A program made the translations under genes and the position numbers. Under the pieces are notes generated by a model. It was not told the origin of the DNA. It saw only the letters and a list, made by a program, of their open reading frames with translations, and searched no databases. This document shows, one piece after another, positions 47,921 to 61,059 of a DNA stretch of 64,000 nucleotides. How positions within the stretch are numbered: position 1 is the stretch's first letter; each line of letters opens with the position of its first letter. Source of the DNA: Octopus bimaculoides (lineage: Eukaryota); assembly GCF_001194135.2 (NCBI RefSeq), contig NC_068981.1:190179151-190243150 (forward strand), in the 5' to 3' direction.

Positions 47921-49752
47921 TCGGCAATCATGGAGTGAATTTTAGAGCTTATAAATCTAATATTTTCTTATCATTCCTTAATACCAGTTCCCATATGCTA
48001 CTCATATCTGCACTAGGTATGCTTAAGAGGTTAATATGTTCTAGCATTTGTGCTGCCACTTTTAGTTTTCATATTTTCCAATGGTGTTCACTGTCTATTA
48101 TTTTAACTTCATCCCACAGGTGGCCCCTGTTTTTCCATACATCATCAGCGAACTCAATTTATCAGTATCTCCTTGTGTCACAGCTTTATGATGTTCCACT
48201 ACCCTTGTTTTGAGGGGGCAGAGTGTTTTGCCTTTCACATCTCTCAAATATAGAACTGTGGATGGAGAGAGGTTTCAGATAAAACTATAAAACTGAGGAA
48301 ATTAGGTTGCATTAGGTTTGATGTTGCGGAGGCAAGTGGCTTAGTGGTTAGGCTGCTAGGCTCATGATCACAAGATTCATCATCATCATCATCATCATCA
48401 TCGTTTAACGTCCGTTTTCCATGCTGGCATGGGTTGGATGGTTTGACTGGGACTGGAAAGCCAGATGGCTGCTCCAGGTTCCAATCTGATCTGGCAATGT
48501 TTCTACGGCTGGATGCCCTTCCTAATGCTAACCTCTCCGAGAGTGTAGTGGGTGCTTTTACATGCCACCGGCACAAAGGCCAGTCAGGTGGCACTGGCAT
48601 CAACCACATTTGGATGGTGATTTTTACATGATACTGGCACAGAAGCCAGTCAGGTGGCACTGGTATCAGCCACATTCGAATGGTCCTTTTTACATGTCAC
48701 CAGCCACAGAAGCCAGTCAGGGCAGGGTGGAGGGGCTGGCTGGCTTCGACTACGTTTGGATGGTGCTTTTTACGTGCCACTGACACAGGGAGCCAGTCAG
48801 GTGGCACTGGCAATGACACACGCAGGAATGGTGCTTATTGCATGCCACCAGCATGGGAGCCAGTCAGGTGGCACTGGCATTGGCCACAACTACAATTTCC
48901 ATTTGATTTTTGATTTTGATTATATTTGACTCAATAAGTCTCCTCAAGCACCGCGTATCACTTAATGATTCAGAGGTTATGCGACACTGGTATAGGCTAC
49001 GGCTGTAATCTCACTTTACTTGCTGGGCCTTCTCAATCTAAGCGTATCTCCAGAGGTCTCAGTCTCTTGTCATCGCCTCTATGGTTTCAAATTCCTGGAC
49101 CAGACAATGCATTATGGTCTTGAGCAAAACACCTCATTTCATGCTGTTCTTGTCCATTCAGCTGGTAAAAATGAGTAACCATGCAACAGACCAGTGTCCA
49201 TCCTGGGCAGAATATATATGCCAAAGAAACAGGGAAGCTGGCTCTGTGTTCCTTATGGAGTTATGTGGACTAACCAGGTTTGATTTCAAACAGGTTAATG
49301 TGGAGATGGTCATCAGTTGATTAAGGTTTCTTAAACCAATACAGACCTGTATGCCTTTTAGCTTCAAGTCACCTGTTGTATAATCAAACATATTCTGGCC
49401 ATGGCCAATTAAAGTCTTTCTGCCTATCTAGGACTGCATTACATTGTTCCATACAGCCTTCTTTTAAGATCACTGGAGGAAGTCAACCTTGGCAGAACTA
49501 AACTCAGAACATAACGGTCTGGCGTGCTAATGATTCTGCCAGCTCGTCATCTTAATAATAATAATGATAATTATTAAAATTTTTGCCACAAAGGCAGCTT
49601 GTGGGAGGTGGGGATGTGGTTGATGGAGATATTGGCTGCACTTTCTAGTAAATCTATTAGCCATGTAGAGGTCTTGCTCATAGCTCATCATCAATTGTAG
49701 TCTGTGGCAAAAATAGCAAATATTTATTTGCAGTTAGTGCAGTGTTTGGTTA

Positions 49753-50572
49753 TATCAGGTCATTCCATAAGTTCTGTCCGATTTTACCTTTTTTAAAATT
49801 GAATGAAATTTGATAGCTTTTTAGAATGTCTAATGGAATTAAAAATCATTTTTATGCATTTGTGTACATTTAAACTAATTAAATATTATTTTACAGAATA
49901 ATACAATTAAAATTTCTTTGATTAAAACCCTTTCTAACATGGAAGTATCCAAAGAGCATTTAAGGCACAAAGTGCTTTATGAGTACAAAAAAGGAAACTC
50001 TGCATCCAAAGAGACTCGAAACATACACTCAGTTCATGGGAAAGAATGCTTGAATGAAAGAATTTGCAGAAGATNNNNNNNNNNNNNNNNNNNNNNNNNN
50101 NNNNNNNNNNNNNNNNNNNNNNNNNNNNNNNNNNNNNNNNNNNNNNNNNNNNNNNNNNNNNNNNNNNNNNNNNNNNNNNATTATCAGTTGAAGAATTGGC
50201 AATAAAGCTTAGTTCAAACCATACAACTGTTCATCGTCATCTTCAACAACTTGGAAAGGTTCCTAAACTTGGAAAATGGGTGCCTCATGAATTGGCCGAA
50301 AGCAACTGCAAATCCTGAGTTGACATCTGCTCTTCTCTCCATTCTTGCAAACTCATTTCACCCTTTTTGGATAGACTTGTGACTGGTGATGAAAAATGGA
50401 TCTTCTATCGAAATGTTAAACGTCGTAAACGATGGCTTGATAAAAGGGGAAAAGCTCAACCACAACCGAGAAGGGAACTTCATGGGAAAAAGGTTCTTCT
50501 CTCTATCTGGTGGGATTTCAAAGGAGTAATTCACTTTGAATTGTTACCACCTAATGCAACAATCAATGCTGT
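49753..50572 (+). mobile_element. mariner transposon 5' part, same family as 1-840
   Basis: 5' TIR ...ccataagttctgtccgatttt; MEVSKEHLRHKVLYEY HTH, WVPHEL, VTGDEKWIFY, KVLLSIWWDFKG; truncated at ~50572. Confidence 0.95.
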
Positions 50573-51255
50573 ATAAATAAAAAAAAAAGTATATATATAC
50601 ATGTCTAATGCATACATATGTACACCTGTTTTTATTCTACTACTACTACTACTGACCTGTCCAACAATCCTAATTCCTTTCTCTACCCCATCATTTAGAC
50701 TCCATCACTGCAAATGACATTCCTTAAAACTTTATATATCTCTCTCCATAACTCTCCATTCCTTCTATCTTTCTCTCTCTTTCATCCTTATCCTCCCGTT
50801 CCTACCTTCTTATTATATTCACTGACCATTCTGGTACACTTTCCCTTATCTCTATTTTTGTATTCCTTTTTCCCACCTTTTTTTCCTTTTTTTTTTTTCC
50901 TCTTCCTTTATTCCTCTCTTCCTGTTTTCGATTTGGCCCTACTAATACATTCCCTGCTTTTAGGTCACTTTAAACAGAACCCTTGATTCAATAACACTGT
51001 GTATAAACTCTGTATTTGGAATGACCAATTTCAAAGACTGTTGGATTTTACTCATAGGGGATTGGAATATTAATAACGGATTTACAAAGGCAAAGACCAA
51101 TCTTAAAAACAATTGGATTTTACTCCCAAGGTATTGGAATCTTATATGTATACCATTCTGCCTAAACATTTGATTTACAAATACAATATCCCTACATTCA
51201 CTCTCTATTTCCTATCTTATGTAAACTAACTATTGCTTAATCATCCTCTCACACC

Positions 51256-51304
51256 GTCTCCGATGAAGGGATATAATAAATATCCTGGAAACAGCTGTAA
51301 GAAC
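51256..51304 (+). ncRNA. PLE-type minimal hammerhead, core mutated (CCGATGA)
   Basis: GTCT-CCGATGA-AGGGATAT aataa ATATCCTG-GAAAC-AGCT-GTA-AGAAC; palindromic ACAGCTGT. Confidence 0.7.
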
Positions 51305-51998
51305 TTCTATTTATAAATGTTCTATAACGCACACAGCCTTGGTTTTTTTATTGCATTATGAAAAGTAAATCCTTATATATATATATATATAATGTTTTTG
51401 AGTGGGTATATATACATGTACACACACACAGAGGACAATTAAAATACTAGAAAAGAAACAAAAGAATGATCTCAGCTTATATTTTTTCTCTCTTAGGTTG
51501 GCTTTCATGAAATTGGAATGTAAACATGACAACTTAAAAATGACGTTTCATAAAGAATTCAAGAGAGGAAAATAAAGTCAAGTGTGCAAATGTGCCTAAG
51601 AGAAATATAGTATAATAGTTACATTTTCAGGTAAATACAAATAAAATGATTATTTCACAACGATGTAAGGAAATTGGGAAGAGAACAGAAGAAAATATAA
51701 AAGAAAATTTTCGTTTAAAATTTTTCTTCATAATTTTATTTTTCTTGAAATTAGAATATAAACATAGAAATTTAAAATCATGTTTCATGAAAAATTCGAT
51801 TGAGGAAAGTAAAGTTGTATGTTCATGTCTAGGCAATTGTGTGGATGTGTGGCTTGCTGTGAGGAGTGGAAAATTTAATGGTGCAGATGGATTCCTTCTT
51901 CAGGGAAATATTGAAAGGTGCAAAGTTAATGAGGGACACAAGTGTTGTACATACTCTAAGATGAAAAAAAAACTGGCTGCAACTGATAGAAGGAAGGG

Positions 51999-52320
51999 AG
52001 CACTCCGTCAGTTACGACGAAGAGGGTCCCAGCTGATACGAACAACGGAACAGCTTGCTTGTGAAATTAATGTGCAAGTGGCTGAGCAATCCACAGACAC
52101 GTGTACCCCTAACGTAGTTCTCATGGAGATTCAGCGTGACACAGAGTGTGACAAAGCCGACCCTTTGAAATACAGGTACTACTCATTTTTGCCAGCTAAG
52201 TGGACTGGAGCAATGTGAAATACAGTGTCTTGCTCAAGGACACAATGCGTCGCTGGGAATTGAACTCACGACCTTACGATCATGAGCCGAATGCCCTAAC
52301 CACTAAGCCACACACCTTCA
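51999..52320 (-). mobile_element. tRNA-CORE SINE with CephSINE-like 3' body
   Basis: Head tggcttagtggttaggg...gagttcaattcc, CORE-like tgtgtccttgagcaagacac, 3' body shared with 12432. Confidence 0.8.
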
Positions 52321-52542
52321 CTGGCTGCAACTGATAAGGAATGCAGGACCATATGAACATCACGTGTCGACAAGAAGTGGTAAGAGAAACTGTGTGGGAA
52401 GGTAGAAGGAAAGAGTAATAGAATGAAGAGGAGAAGGAGGCAAATTCGAATGTGAGGTGAAGGGGAAGAGCTGAGGGAGACGGGAGCTGAAGGGTAAGAA
52501 AGGGTTTAATGGACTAAAAGGTGTTGGAGTAGAGGGAAAAAG

Positions 52543-53450
52543 CATTCATTTAAACCTGTTGGTGACCTGGTGCAAAGTTTAAATATGAAGCATTGTTGCC
52601 CTCCATTTCCATGAAAATGTGGATCCAAGATGTGCAGAGATGCTGCACATTGGAAAATGAGTGAAGGAATGGTCAGTAGTGTTGAAGTGGGGGGTGACAG
52701 ATTGGCCTAGCATTCATAGTAGTATGTTTCGAATGTGCTCCCAAAAAGGATCAGCAACACCTGTCCTTATATTAACTATAACCATCACAGGACCTAAGTT
52801 ATAATATTACATTACTCAGAACTTCTGTTGCACCTCATCTAACCTTATATGGGGCAAATAAACATCAGAGATGTTTTTCCCCATGCAGCGACTGCAAGAG
52901 TTCCTCAGAGGTTTTGCAAGCAGATATGTCAGGACCCCTTTACCTGTAAGACTCACCTGTGTGGAGCAGCAAGGACTGAGCTAGTTTTCCCCTATGGAAG
53001 GGTTTCATTTATCATCTCTTACCGATCATAGATATCTTGAGCTAGTTTCAGCAACCATGCCTATTGCCTTGATGGTTTCCTTTACTTGTCTGAGTTCCAG
53101 ACATATTTTTCTGCAGGAAATAATTCACTAAGCAAGATGGAAAGTCACAGCAGCCGATTGCAATACGGAATAAAGGTACTTGCCAGCCCTTAACAAGGGC
53201 CTCATCTAAGTCCTGATATTTCAATTTTTTTTTTACCTGTTGAGAGATATTGAATCTGTCCTTGAAGTGTACTCTGAGTTCAACCACAATTGTTGTTTTT
53301 TGTATTCCTGAAGAGCAAGAATATGTCTGGTCAGAATGATGTTACCACTGTCTCCTTTGGGAAGACAAGTCTGCACCTCAAGTCCAATTGTATCTTCCAT
53401 CCTGAGGCTGAACACAAATAGCACCTTGTATATTGGAGAAACAATGCTTT
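52543..53450 (-). mobile_element. Penelope-like element C-terminal (GIY-YIG region) relic
   Basis: EHIRNI...SVTPHFNTTDHS and terminal QCFIFKLCTRSPTGLNE, followed by a pyrimidine-rich 3' tract; the GIY-YIG motif itself is not cleanly readable. Confidence 0.55.
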
Positions 53451-53524
53451 GCTGATTGCTTTCAGGAGCATATTTGAAGAATGCTATGGTGTATGCCCAG
53501 CCTACCTGTCACTAGCTACTTTAA

Positions 53525-53742
53525 CCCTTTCAATACCAACCTGGCTGAAACCGCCTCTGGCTCTGAGTACAAATGCCTTGTTTTCATAAGTCTTGAATTA
53601 AAATCTTCCACCAAACCTTAGTCACAATTTATGTCCCTAACATTAGCTTAATGATAATGAAGTTATTTTACTAAATTCTTTATTATATTTAGAATAATTG
53701 AGAGAAACAGAGCATCTCAAAATAAATATGGTAACGAAAGGG
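53525..53742. mobile_element. piggyBac-type MITE, 218 bp, TTAA-flanked
   Basis: ttaa|ccctttcaatacca ... tggtaacgaaaggg|ttaa. Confidence 0.85.
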
Positions 53743-54308
53743 TTAACATTACAAACCATTCTATCATTCAGTTATCAGCGTGCAGCATCTCTGCACACAA
53801 TGGAACTGTATCTTCAAACAAACAGAGAGAAGAATGTTTCATTTTTGAATTTGGCATCATGTCACCAACAAGTTTAAATGAGACTAGGAGAAAAATCATG
53901 CACGGTTTAAGAGATCAGCTGCCTGGCAGATGTTAATACCTCATCAAATATTGCTGGAAAGAATATCTATGGAAGATTAATGAAAAAACTATGGTCCTTA
54001 GATACAGGCAATAAATTTTCATTTGTTCCTATTATCATTTCTATGCCTGCATATGTAACAATGTGTTTGCATAAAAGCTTAGAAATAGTAACATTTTCCA
54101 AAGAGGAACCAACGAAGCTGATACATATTCTCCAAATGCAGTTGATTAGTGGTGCACAGTGAAAATTAGTAGAATATTCTGTGAATTCTCCATTTAAGGT
54201 TCTTGGGTGTGGCAAATACATACAATTACGTACAGATATAGAATTCACACACACACACGTGCAGATATATAAGCACAAATGAACACAAACACACAAGAGC
54301 ACAAAGTT

Positions 54309-54342
<34 letters not shown>

Positions 54343-54514
54343 GCATACATACATAAATACATATGTAGATACATCCATACATAATATACACATACATACA
54401 TGCATACATAAATACATACATGCATAAATACATCCATTCATCCATCCATCCATCCATCCATTCATCCATACATACATACAAACATACATACATACATACA
54501 TACATACATACATA

Positions 54515-54845
54515 CTGTGCACAGTTGTGGAAATTAGCTGCCTAGCGGATGTTAATATAAAGCTGAAGATCAGTGAAAAAGAGAACACCTATGCTGAACT
54601 ATTGAGAAATCTGTGGTTACGTTACTCTATCTAGATTACAAGTTCAGGTTTATATCTATAATTATTGAGGTCCTGTAACACGCTGCCTAAATACCAATCT
54701 TGAGAAATTAGGCTTCTCAAAACCAGAAAGTAGAAAGCTACTTCGAACCCTACAGAACCAATCCATCACTGGAACTGTAAAAATCTGTAAAACTTTCCAG
54801 AAGTTTATCATTCAAATATATATGAGCATGTCTAGATATGTAAAT
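54515..54845 (+). mobile_element. RLE-type retrotransposon 3' end, same family as 18390-18795
   Basis: Direct nucleotide similarity (gttgtggaaattagctgcc...gagcatgtctagatatgtaa). Confidence 0.8.
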
Positions 54846-55212
54846 ATATGCATGAAAATACATACATAAAACATACCTACATACATACATACATGCATGC
54901 ATGTATATGTACATACAAACAAAACTACCCCGTTGTTGATGTTGAAATTCCAATTAAAGAGCCTTTGATCTAGGTTAGAAACCAGTTCTTTCTCTATTGG
55001 CAAGAAATGTTGAAACAAACTGAATAATGACTGATACATACATTTACTAACCAATCCATGGAACCACAAACCTTGAGATCAGTTTTAATTTAAACAAATG
55101 AGTCTTGCTACTTCGTTAGTGATCAGCTTGAATCCTTCAAATAAACCCAAATACTTATGCACATACGTTCATTCATATGCAATTATGCACACACACACAT
55201 GCATATGTACAC

Positions 55213-55261
<49 letters not shown>

Positions 55262-55933
55262 CATACATACATACAGATACATATATGTGTGCATACTCAC
55301 ACACACATACATGCATGCACATGGGAAAACGTACATACACACAGGCAGACAATCAGACAGACAGACAGACATGCATGAACATACAACTGAACACTCTGAT
55401 TGATTCTCTACAAACATGGAAACGGTATTTGCTGAGTGAAAACCCTTAAAATAGACATTTTGATTTGCCATTGAATGAATTGTCCAAAAATACAATCCAT
55501 GTTGCTAAGTAAGAATGACAAGTTTTTAAATGAAGACAATCATGTTTGATAGGATGGACACGTTAACAAGGGAAGAACATGAAACAAAACGAGTAAAACC
55601 ATCACAGCCCTGACTTTACAAGGTAAGTTTTCACTGTGTTGTGTTGGGCCTTTTAAGCTGCATATGATAGTTTCAAATTTTAATACATGCTCAGTAATTT
55701 TGAGGGGAGGGGGAAATACTTGATTTTGGCAGGATTTGAACTCAGAATATAAAGACCTAGAATGAATACCATTGAGCATAAATTACATAGAATAACAACA
55801 GCAGCAGAAACAATAATGATAATAATAATAGGGGGTCAGGTACAGCTCCCCAGCTTGCCAGCTCTGGCCAAACCGTCCAACCCATACCAGCATGGACAAC
55901 GGGCGTTAAATGAGGATGATAATGACGACGATT

Positions 55934-55980
<47 letters not shown>

Positions 55981-56229
55981 AATGGTTTCAAATTTTGGCC
56001 CAAGGCCAACAGTTCTAAGGGAGGGGTTAAGTCAATTACATGAAACCCCCAGTGCTCAACAGGTACTAATTTTAGTGACCTCAAAAGGAAGGATGAAAGG
56101 CTAGGTCAACCTTGGAATTTGAACTCAGAACATGAAGACAGATGAAATGCTGCTAAGCTTTTTGCTTGGCATGCTAATGATTAATGATTCTGTTGGTTGG
56201 ACTTCACAGAGCAAAAAATTGGTATGACC

Positions 56230-56650
56230 ACAAACCTGAAGGCATCATTGAAAATAATAATGCAAAGATCTTATGGGATTTTATGATTCAAGCAAACTAT
56301 AGCATGCCCAGCTGACAACAAGGTATGCGATTAGGAAGAAAGAAAAGTCGAGAGATATGACAGGTCAGCTTGGGAGGTTAAGCAGTTGTGATTACTGAAA
56401 AACGTAGTAGTAGTACCAATAAATGTCAGAGCCCTGGGAACAGTGAGTAAAAATCTTGAGAAGTACATGGAACAAATAGGGGCTGCAATAAAAGTGGAGC
56501 ACAGACAGAAAACAACACTGCTTGGAACCGCTCGAATACTCCGGAAGGTGCTCGAAAAATAAGGGGTGTTACCTTAGTTCACTGGTAGTGAACAGCTGAC
56601 ACCGTAGTACATCTCCAGCATTAGAAGCTGTGCAAAGGCAATAATAATAA
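56230..56650 (+). mobile_element. R4/Dong-like retrotransposon 3' end, degenerate
   Basis: NAKILWDFMIQ...VVVVPINVRALGTVSKNLEKYMEQIG...TLLGTARILRKVLEK stop, then (TAA)n. Confidence 0.8.
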
Positions 56651-56659
56651 TGATGATGA

Positions 56660-56870
56660 TGTCCCGGTTAAGAAGGAATATATTCACAGACACGATAGAG
56701 TTGGGACCTACATACACTGGATGCTATGCCAACACTATGGAATAACAATAGAAAAAAGATGGTATAGGCACACGCCAGAAAAGGTCACAAAAAACGAGAA
56801 AGCAACAATACTATGGGATATGCTTATACACACAGAGAAATTAAGGCTAATAGGCCAGATATAGGACTCA
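56660..56870 (+). mobile_element. R4/Dong-like ORF fragment (RHD motif and start of RLE domain)
   Basis: EYIHRHDRVGTYIHWMLCQHYG...WYRHTPEKV...ATILWDM.IHT..IKANRPDI. Confidence 0.8.
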
Positions 56871-56879
56871 GAAAGGATC

Positions 56880-57200
56880 TTTCTTCTAATCCTAATCATT
56901 AATGGATACATTTCAGCCACAGAACTGCCATCACTTCTCTCTGCCTGTTTTCTATCACTACTACATTGACCTCTTCTGAGAGACAGCTGGTCTCTTCCTT
57001 CACCACTCAAACACCCCTAACCTACTTACTACCATCTCTTGCCATCGTTTGCACTCACCTCCTCCATTTCCGCACTAAACTCTGTGTCCAGTCATTTCCC
57101 TCCAGAACATTGGTCTTTTGGAAACCCCTCTGTATTTGTGTCTTTTCTGCACATGTCCCACAACAGTTTAAGCAAACCGTTAATGACATCAACATGACCG
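56880..57200 (+). mobile_element. CR1/L2-group LINE ORF2 C-terminus, degenerate
   Basis: INGY..TELPSLL...RTKLCVQSFPSRTLVFWKPL..VF...QQFKQTVN resembles the SFFPRT-LWN-LP...FK-VN terminus. Confidence 0.6.
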
Positions 57201-57974
57201 GTCTTAAAGGACCTGAAATGGCCATGGACAGAAAGTGAAAAGTTAGGGAAAAAAAGACTGTATTAGCAATGAATGAAATGGAGGCTGAGGTCTTAGTTCT
57301 GAAGAGAAAAACAATATTTTTGGTCAGAATCGTAACATTGAAACATTGTTTCCAGCAGATGAAAGAATATTTTTTTCTTGAGGTTTGCAATCACAAACTA
57401 GATAACAGTATCAGAACATCTAATTAACAAAAGAAGAAGCTTACAATATAAAAATTGACACTTGCCTTCCCTCGGGTCCGTTAGCTATACCTATATTGCA
57501 CAGCATCATAAATAAAAAATAGATAAGTTCACTTAGATGTGATCAAGATTGCAGAAAGATTTTTGAACGATACTTCTTGCTACCATCACCAAATGTCAAC
57601 ATTAAGATTTTGTTTTTCATCTTAGCAACAAAAATACAAAAATTAATGGACATAGAATAATGTATATTAAAATATTCATGCATAATAAAGAAAATATATT
57701 TTCTTTCAGAATGGAGACCGCAATTCTAGTTAATACTTAATCAGTGAGAAAACGGACAATGTGTAGAAGATAATAACATGAAATATTGTACACTGTTGCA
57801 CAAATACATGAAAGATATGATGGGGCATGGTAACTTGGGTGAATGTCTTCTACAAGAACTATGGTTTGTCTCATAAGATGTGAATGGAATTTAGAGACCT
57901 TTGACAATTAGGCTTCACAGAAGCAATGACAGGGCCTTTGGAGGTATGCTGTGGTTGAGAAGACCCATCAACTA

Positions 57975-58140
57975 AAGTAAGATTGATTACATCGACCCCA
58001 GTGTGTAACTGGTACTTATTTAATTGACCCCGAAAGGATGAAAGGCAAAGTCAACCTCAGCGGAATTTGAACTCAGAACATAATGGCAGACGAAATACTG
58101 CTAAGCATTTCGGCTGGCATGCTGAGGATTTCTGGCAGCT
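57975..58140 (-). mobile_element. MetaSINE-like SINE, partial (further minus-strand fragments near 49480-49555, 55680-55760, 56040-56180)
   Basis: Reverse complement of the family head and central domain. Confidence 0.75.
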
Positions 58141-58413
58141 CACAGAGAGGAGATAAGCTATCATGATTCCTTAATACCAAAATAATTACTAGGATATAAC
58201 AAATTCAAGAAACCATGTAAGCAACTAATGTATTATTCAAAAATCTAATTAATGCATAATTATCTCATAAAAGGATTAAATATCTATTTTGCTTTCGTTT
58301 TTAATCTGCTTGTGCATTAAAAAATACCATAAATGCATGGCACCACCTTGTAATCCTACTCTATTTGATGCATATAAAATTGATTATGTTTTCTACCAAT
58401 TCTATCAAGAGAA

Positions 58414-58638
58414 CCTTTTGATACCAACGCCACCGAGACAGACCCTGGTTCTATGATACAAACATCGAATTTGCAAGTAATTCAAATCAAAACCTTTTCA
58501 TAAAATTTCCCATTAATTTATGTTCCAAACACTAGTTTAATATGGCAAAGTTATTTCACTAAATCCTTTGTTATTTTCAAAATTAAATTAAATTAAACAA
58601 AGGCTATGCATTTCAGGAGAAATGCAGTAACAAAATGG
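58414..58638. mobile_element. piggyBac-type MITE, same family as 53525
   Basis: ccttttgataccaac start, gtaacaaaatgg|ttaa end, internal similarity. Confidence 0.7.
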
Positions 58639-58749
58639 TTAAAGAAGTATCATTTATGAGTCATTTCTTGGCCTATTTTTATGCAAATGTGGCAACTGAA
58701 TCATAGACAACAGCTCCAAAACTGAGAGAGTGTATATACATGCTGAGAC

Positions 58750-59082
58750 TTCCTTTAGTCATGACTGACCAGAGGATTGCACCTAGAAAGTTACTCTCCC
58801 AGGCCCAAGTACAGGCAAGGTTGTTTATGGAAGACCAGCAGTTGCCCTTGCATACCAACCTCCCCTCTCCATGCCACTGATGTTGTCCAAGGGAAAGGTA
58901 AAGGGACCGATACAGCTTGGCACCTGTGATGTCGCAACTCATTTTTACAGCTGAGTGAACTGGAGCAATGTGAAATAAAGTGTCTTGCTCAAGAACACAA
59001 CATGTAGCCCGGTCCGGGATTCGAACTCACAACTTCATGATCGTAAGCTCGACGCTCTAACCACTGAGCCATGCACCTTCAC
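58750..59082 (-). mobile_element. tRNA-CORE SINE, different 3' body (related fragment at ~49083-49270 plus)
   Basis: Head tggctcagtggttagagc...gagttcgaatcc; CORE-like gtgttcttgagcaagacac...ctccagttcactcagctg. Confidence 0.75.
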
Positions 59083-59088
59083 AGCTGT

Positions 59089-59214
59089 ACAGGGTGTCCA
59101 CAAGGTCTGAGTACATGGAGTAAATAAAATCATAACATAAATAATTAAATATAAGAAATAATAATTTCTTATAGTATGTGTTAATCCTGATGTACCCAGA
59201 TTTTGTGGACACAT
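59089..59214. mobile_element. short Tc1-type MITE
   Basis: cagggtgtccacaaggtctgagtacat versus atgtacccagattttgtggacac inverted ends. Confidence 0.6.
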
Positions 59215-59515
59215 ACATACATACATACATCATCATTTAATGTCCATTTCCCCTGCTGGTATGGATTGGATTATTTGAGAGGAGTTGGTAAGCTGGAGAG
59301 CTGCATCAGGCTCCAGTCATTTGTTTTTGGCAGGGTTTCTACACTGGATGTCCTTCCTAACACTAATCTCTTGTTCTGGGTGCTTTCAACATGGTGCCAG
59401 CAAGGGTACTTGTTACATGGCACCAGCATGGGTGTTCTATCATGTGGCACAGGCATGTGTGCTTTTCATGTAGCACTGCATGAACAATACAGAGCTCAAT
59501 TCTTCACATTCCTTA

Positions 59516-59890
59516 TACAGGGTGTTCAAAAAGTCTCTCCACAGTAACTATTTTATTGCAAAATAAATATTTATAAGATGGTATACACTCTCAGAGTGGT
59601 TGGTGTTAGGAAGGGCATCTAGCTGTAGAAACTCTGCCAGATCAGATTGGAGCCTGGTGTAGCCATCTGGTTCGCCAGTCCTCAGTCAAATCGTCCAACC
59701 CATGCTAGCATGGAAGGCAGACGTTAAACGATGATGATGATGATGATGGTATAAGACTATAAAAGAATATATTAAACTTTACAAGACTTTAAAAACTTTA
59801 TAAGAGGTGTTGAAAGTGTCGTCTTTAATTTTCAGTACATAAGTTGACTCTTCTACACTTGTTTTAAAATACATCTTGGAGAGTCTGACA
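59516..59890. mobile_element. second copy of the 40703 MITE, opposite orientation, truncated and interrupted by an RTE-tail insertion (59586-59744)
   Basis: tacagggtgttcaaaaagtctctcc start; remainder is the reverse complement of ~40760-40920. Confidence 0.8.
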
Positions 59891-59929
59891 CGGTATGGAC
59901 TATGTAAAGGTTATGATTGTGTATTTTAG

Positions 59930-60225
59930 CTCATTAATGGTTTTTGGGTGATTCTTGTACACTGATCCTTTATTTGTTCCCCAGAAAAAAAGTCCAGCAG
60001 TGTTAAATCAGCTTTTTTTGGTGGCCAAAGTCCCTTCGGAATTATCCATTCACTGTGGAGATAGGTTTTGAATACCCTGTATATAACAGCCCTAATCATA
60101 TTTGGATTCCTCATGAAAATCGCAAATTCTTCATATATAATTACATTTAAAAATAACTGATCTTTAACCCTTAATATGGCATAGCAGTGGACACTACTTA
60201 GAAACACTCTCTGATTATTGGACAT
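59930..60225 (-). mobile_element. Tc1/mariner superfamily transposase fragment (possibly DD41D rosa/VS-like)
   Basis: WII...WPPKKADLTLLDFF resembles the WPPRSPDLTPLDFFLWG motif. Confidence 0.55.
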
Positions 60226-60443
60226 ACATCAGGTTGTGTTACTTCTGAGACTTTCTTAATACCGTTATAATGGGGTCTGTGTGCCATGACTTTCTAGTTC
60301 CATACCATTTCAACAGAAACATAAAATATCCATTAATTTCACCCCTTTTCCTCTTACTTCAAATTCCACACTTTGTACTTTGAATCAATCCTTTTCTCTA
60401 AGATTTGAATTTCTTTACACTATCTTCCATTCTCTTTGTGTAA

Positions 60444-60877
60444 CCATTTGTTACCATATTTCTGTGAAAGACACTGTCTTTGTTTCAATTAATTTTGAAA
60501 ATAATGAAGAATTTAATAAAAGATCTGTGAATTATTAAGTTGGTGCTTGCAACACAAATTAACATGGAATTTTAATGAAAGATTTTAATTTGCTTTAGAA
60601 CAGGAAGTTTGTATCATAGATCCAAGGGGCAGCCTTAGGTTAAGTCAGCATCGAAAGGGTTAACCTTTTTACTATCACATTTCTATTGAACAACACAGCC
60701 TTTTTTTTTCTATTAACTTTGAAGAATTTAGTAAAATAACATTGCTGTTATGAAGCTGGTGGCTGGAACTTAATTTCACATAAAATTTTGATGGAAAGTT
60801 TTAATTTAAACCACTTTAAACAAGAAGTTTGTATCACAGAACCAGCATCGTTATGAAGCAGGTGGTTATCGAAAGAG
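60444..60877. mobile_element. two adjacent piggyBac-type MITEs sharing one TTAA (60660-60663)
   Basis: Both are reverse-orientation relatives of 53525/58414; ...cgaaaggg|ttaa|cctttt... junction; second ends cgaaagag|ttaa. Confidence 0.7.
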
Positions 60878-61059
60878 TTAATATACATAGACGTAGACAT
60901 GGCTCTGGTAAGAAGGTTGCTTCCCAACAACATGGTTCTGGGTTCAGTCCCATTGTGTGGCACCTTGGGCAAGTATCTTCTACTGTAGTCTTGGGCCACC
61001 CAAAGCCTTATGAGTGGATTTGGTAGACAGAAACTGAAAGAAGCCTGCCTTCATCATCA

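Noticed and set aside
50960-51169. Minus-strand ORF with faint PLE C-terminal resemblance
   Set aside because: No diagnostic motif, and its orientation is opposite to the adjacent HHR.
51497-55622. Other splice-site-like pairs (51497-51630, ~55550-55622; also ~41186-41286)
   Set aside because: Stops in all frames or very short frames; such sites are expected by chance in AT-rich DNA.
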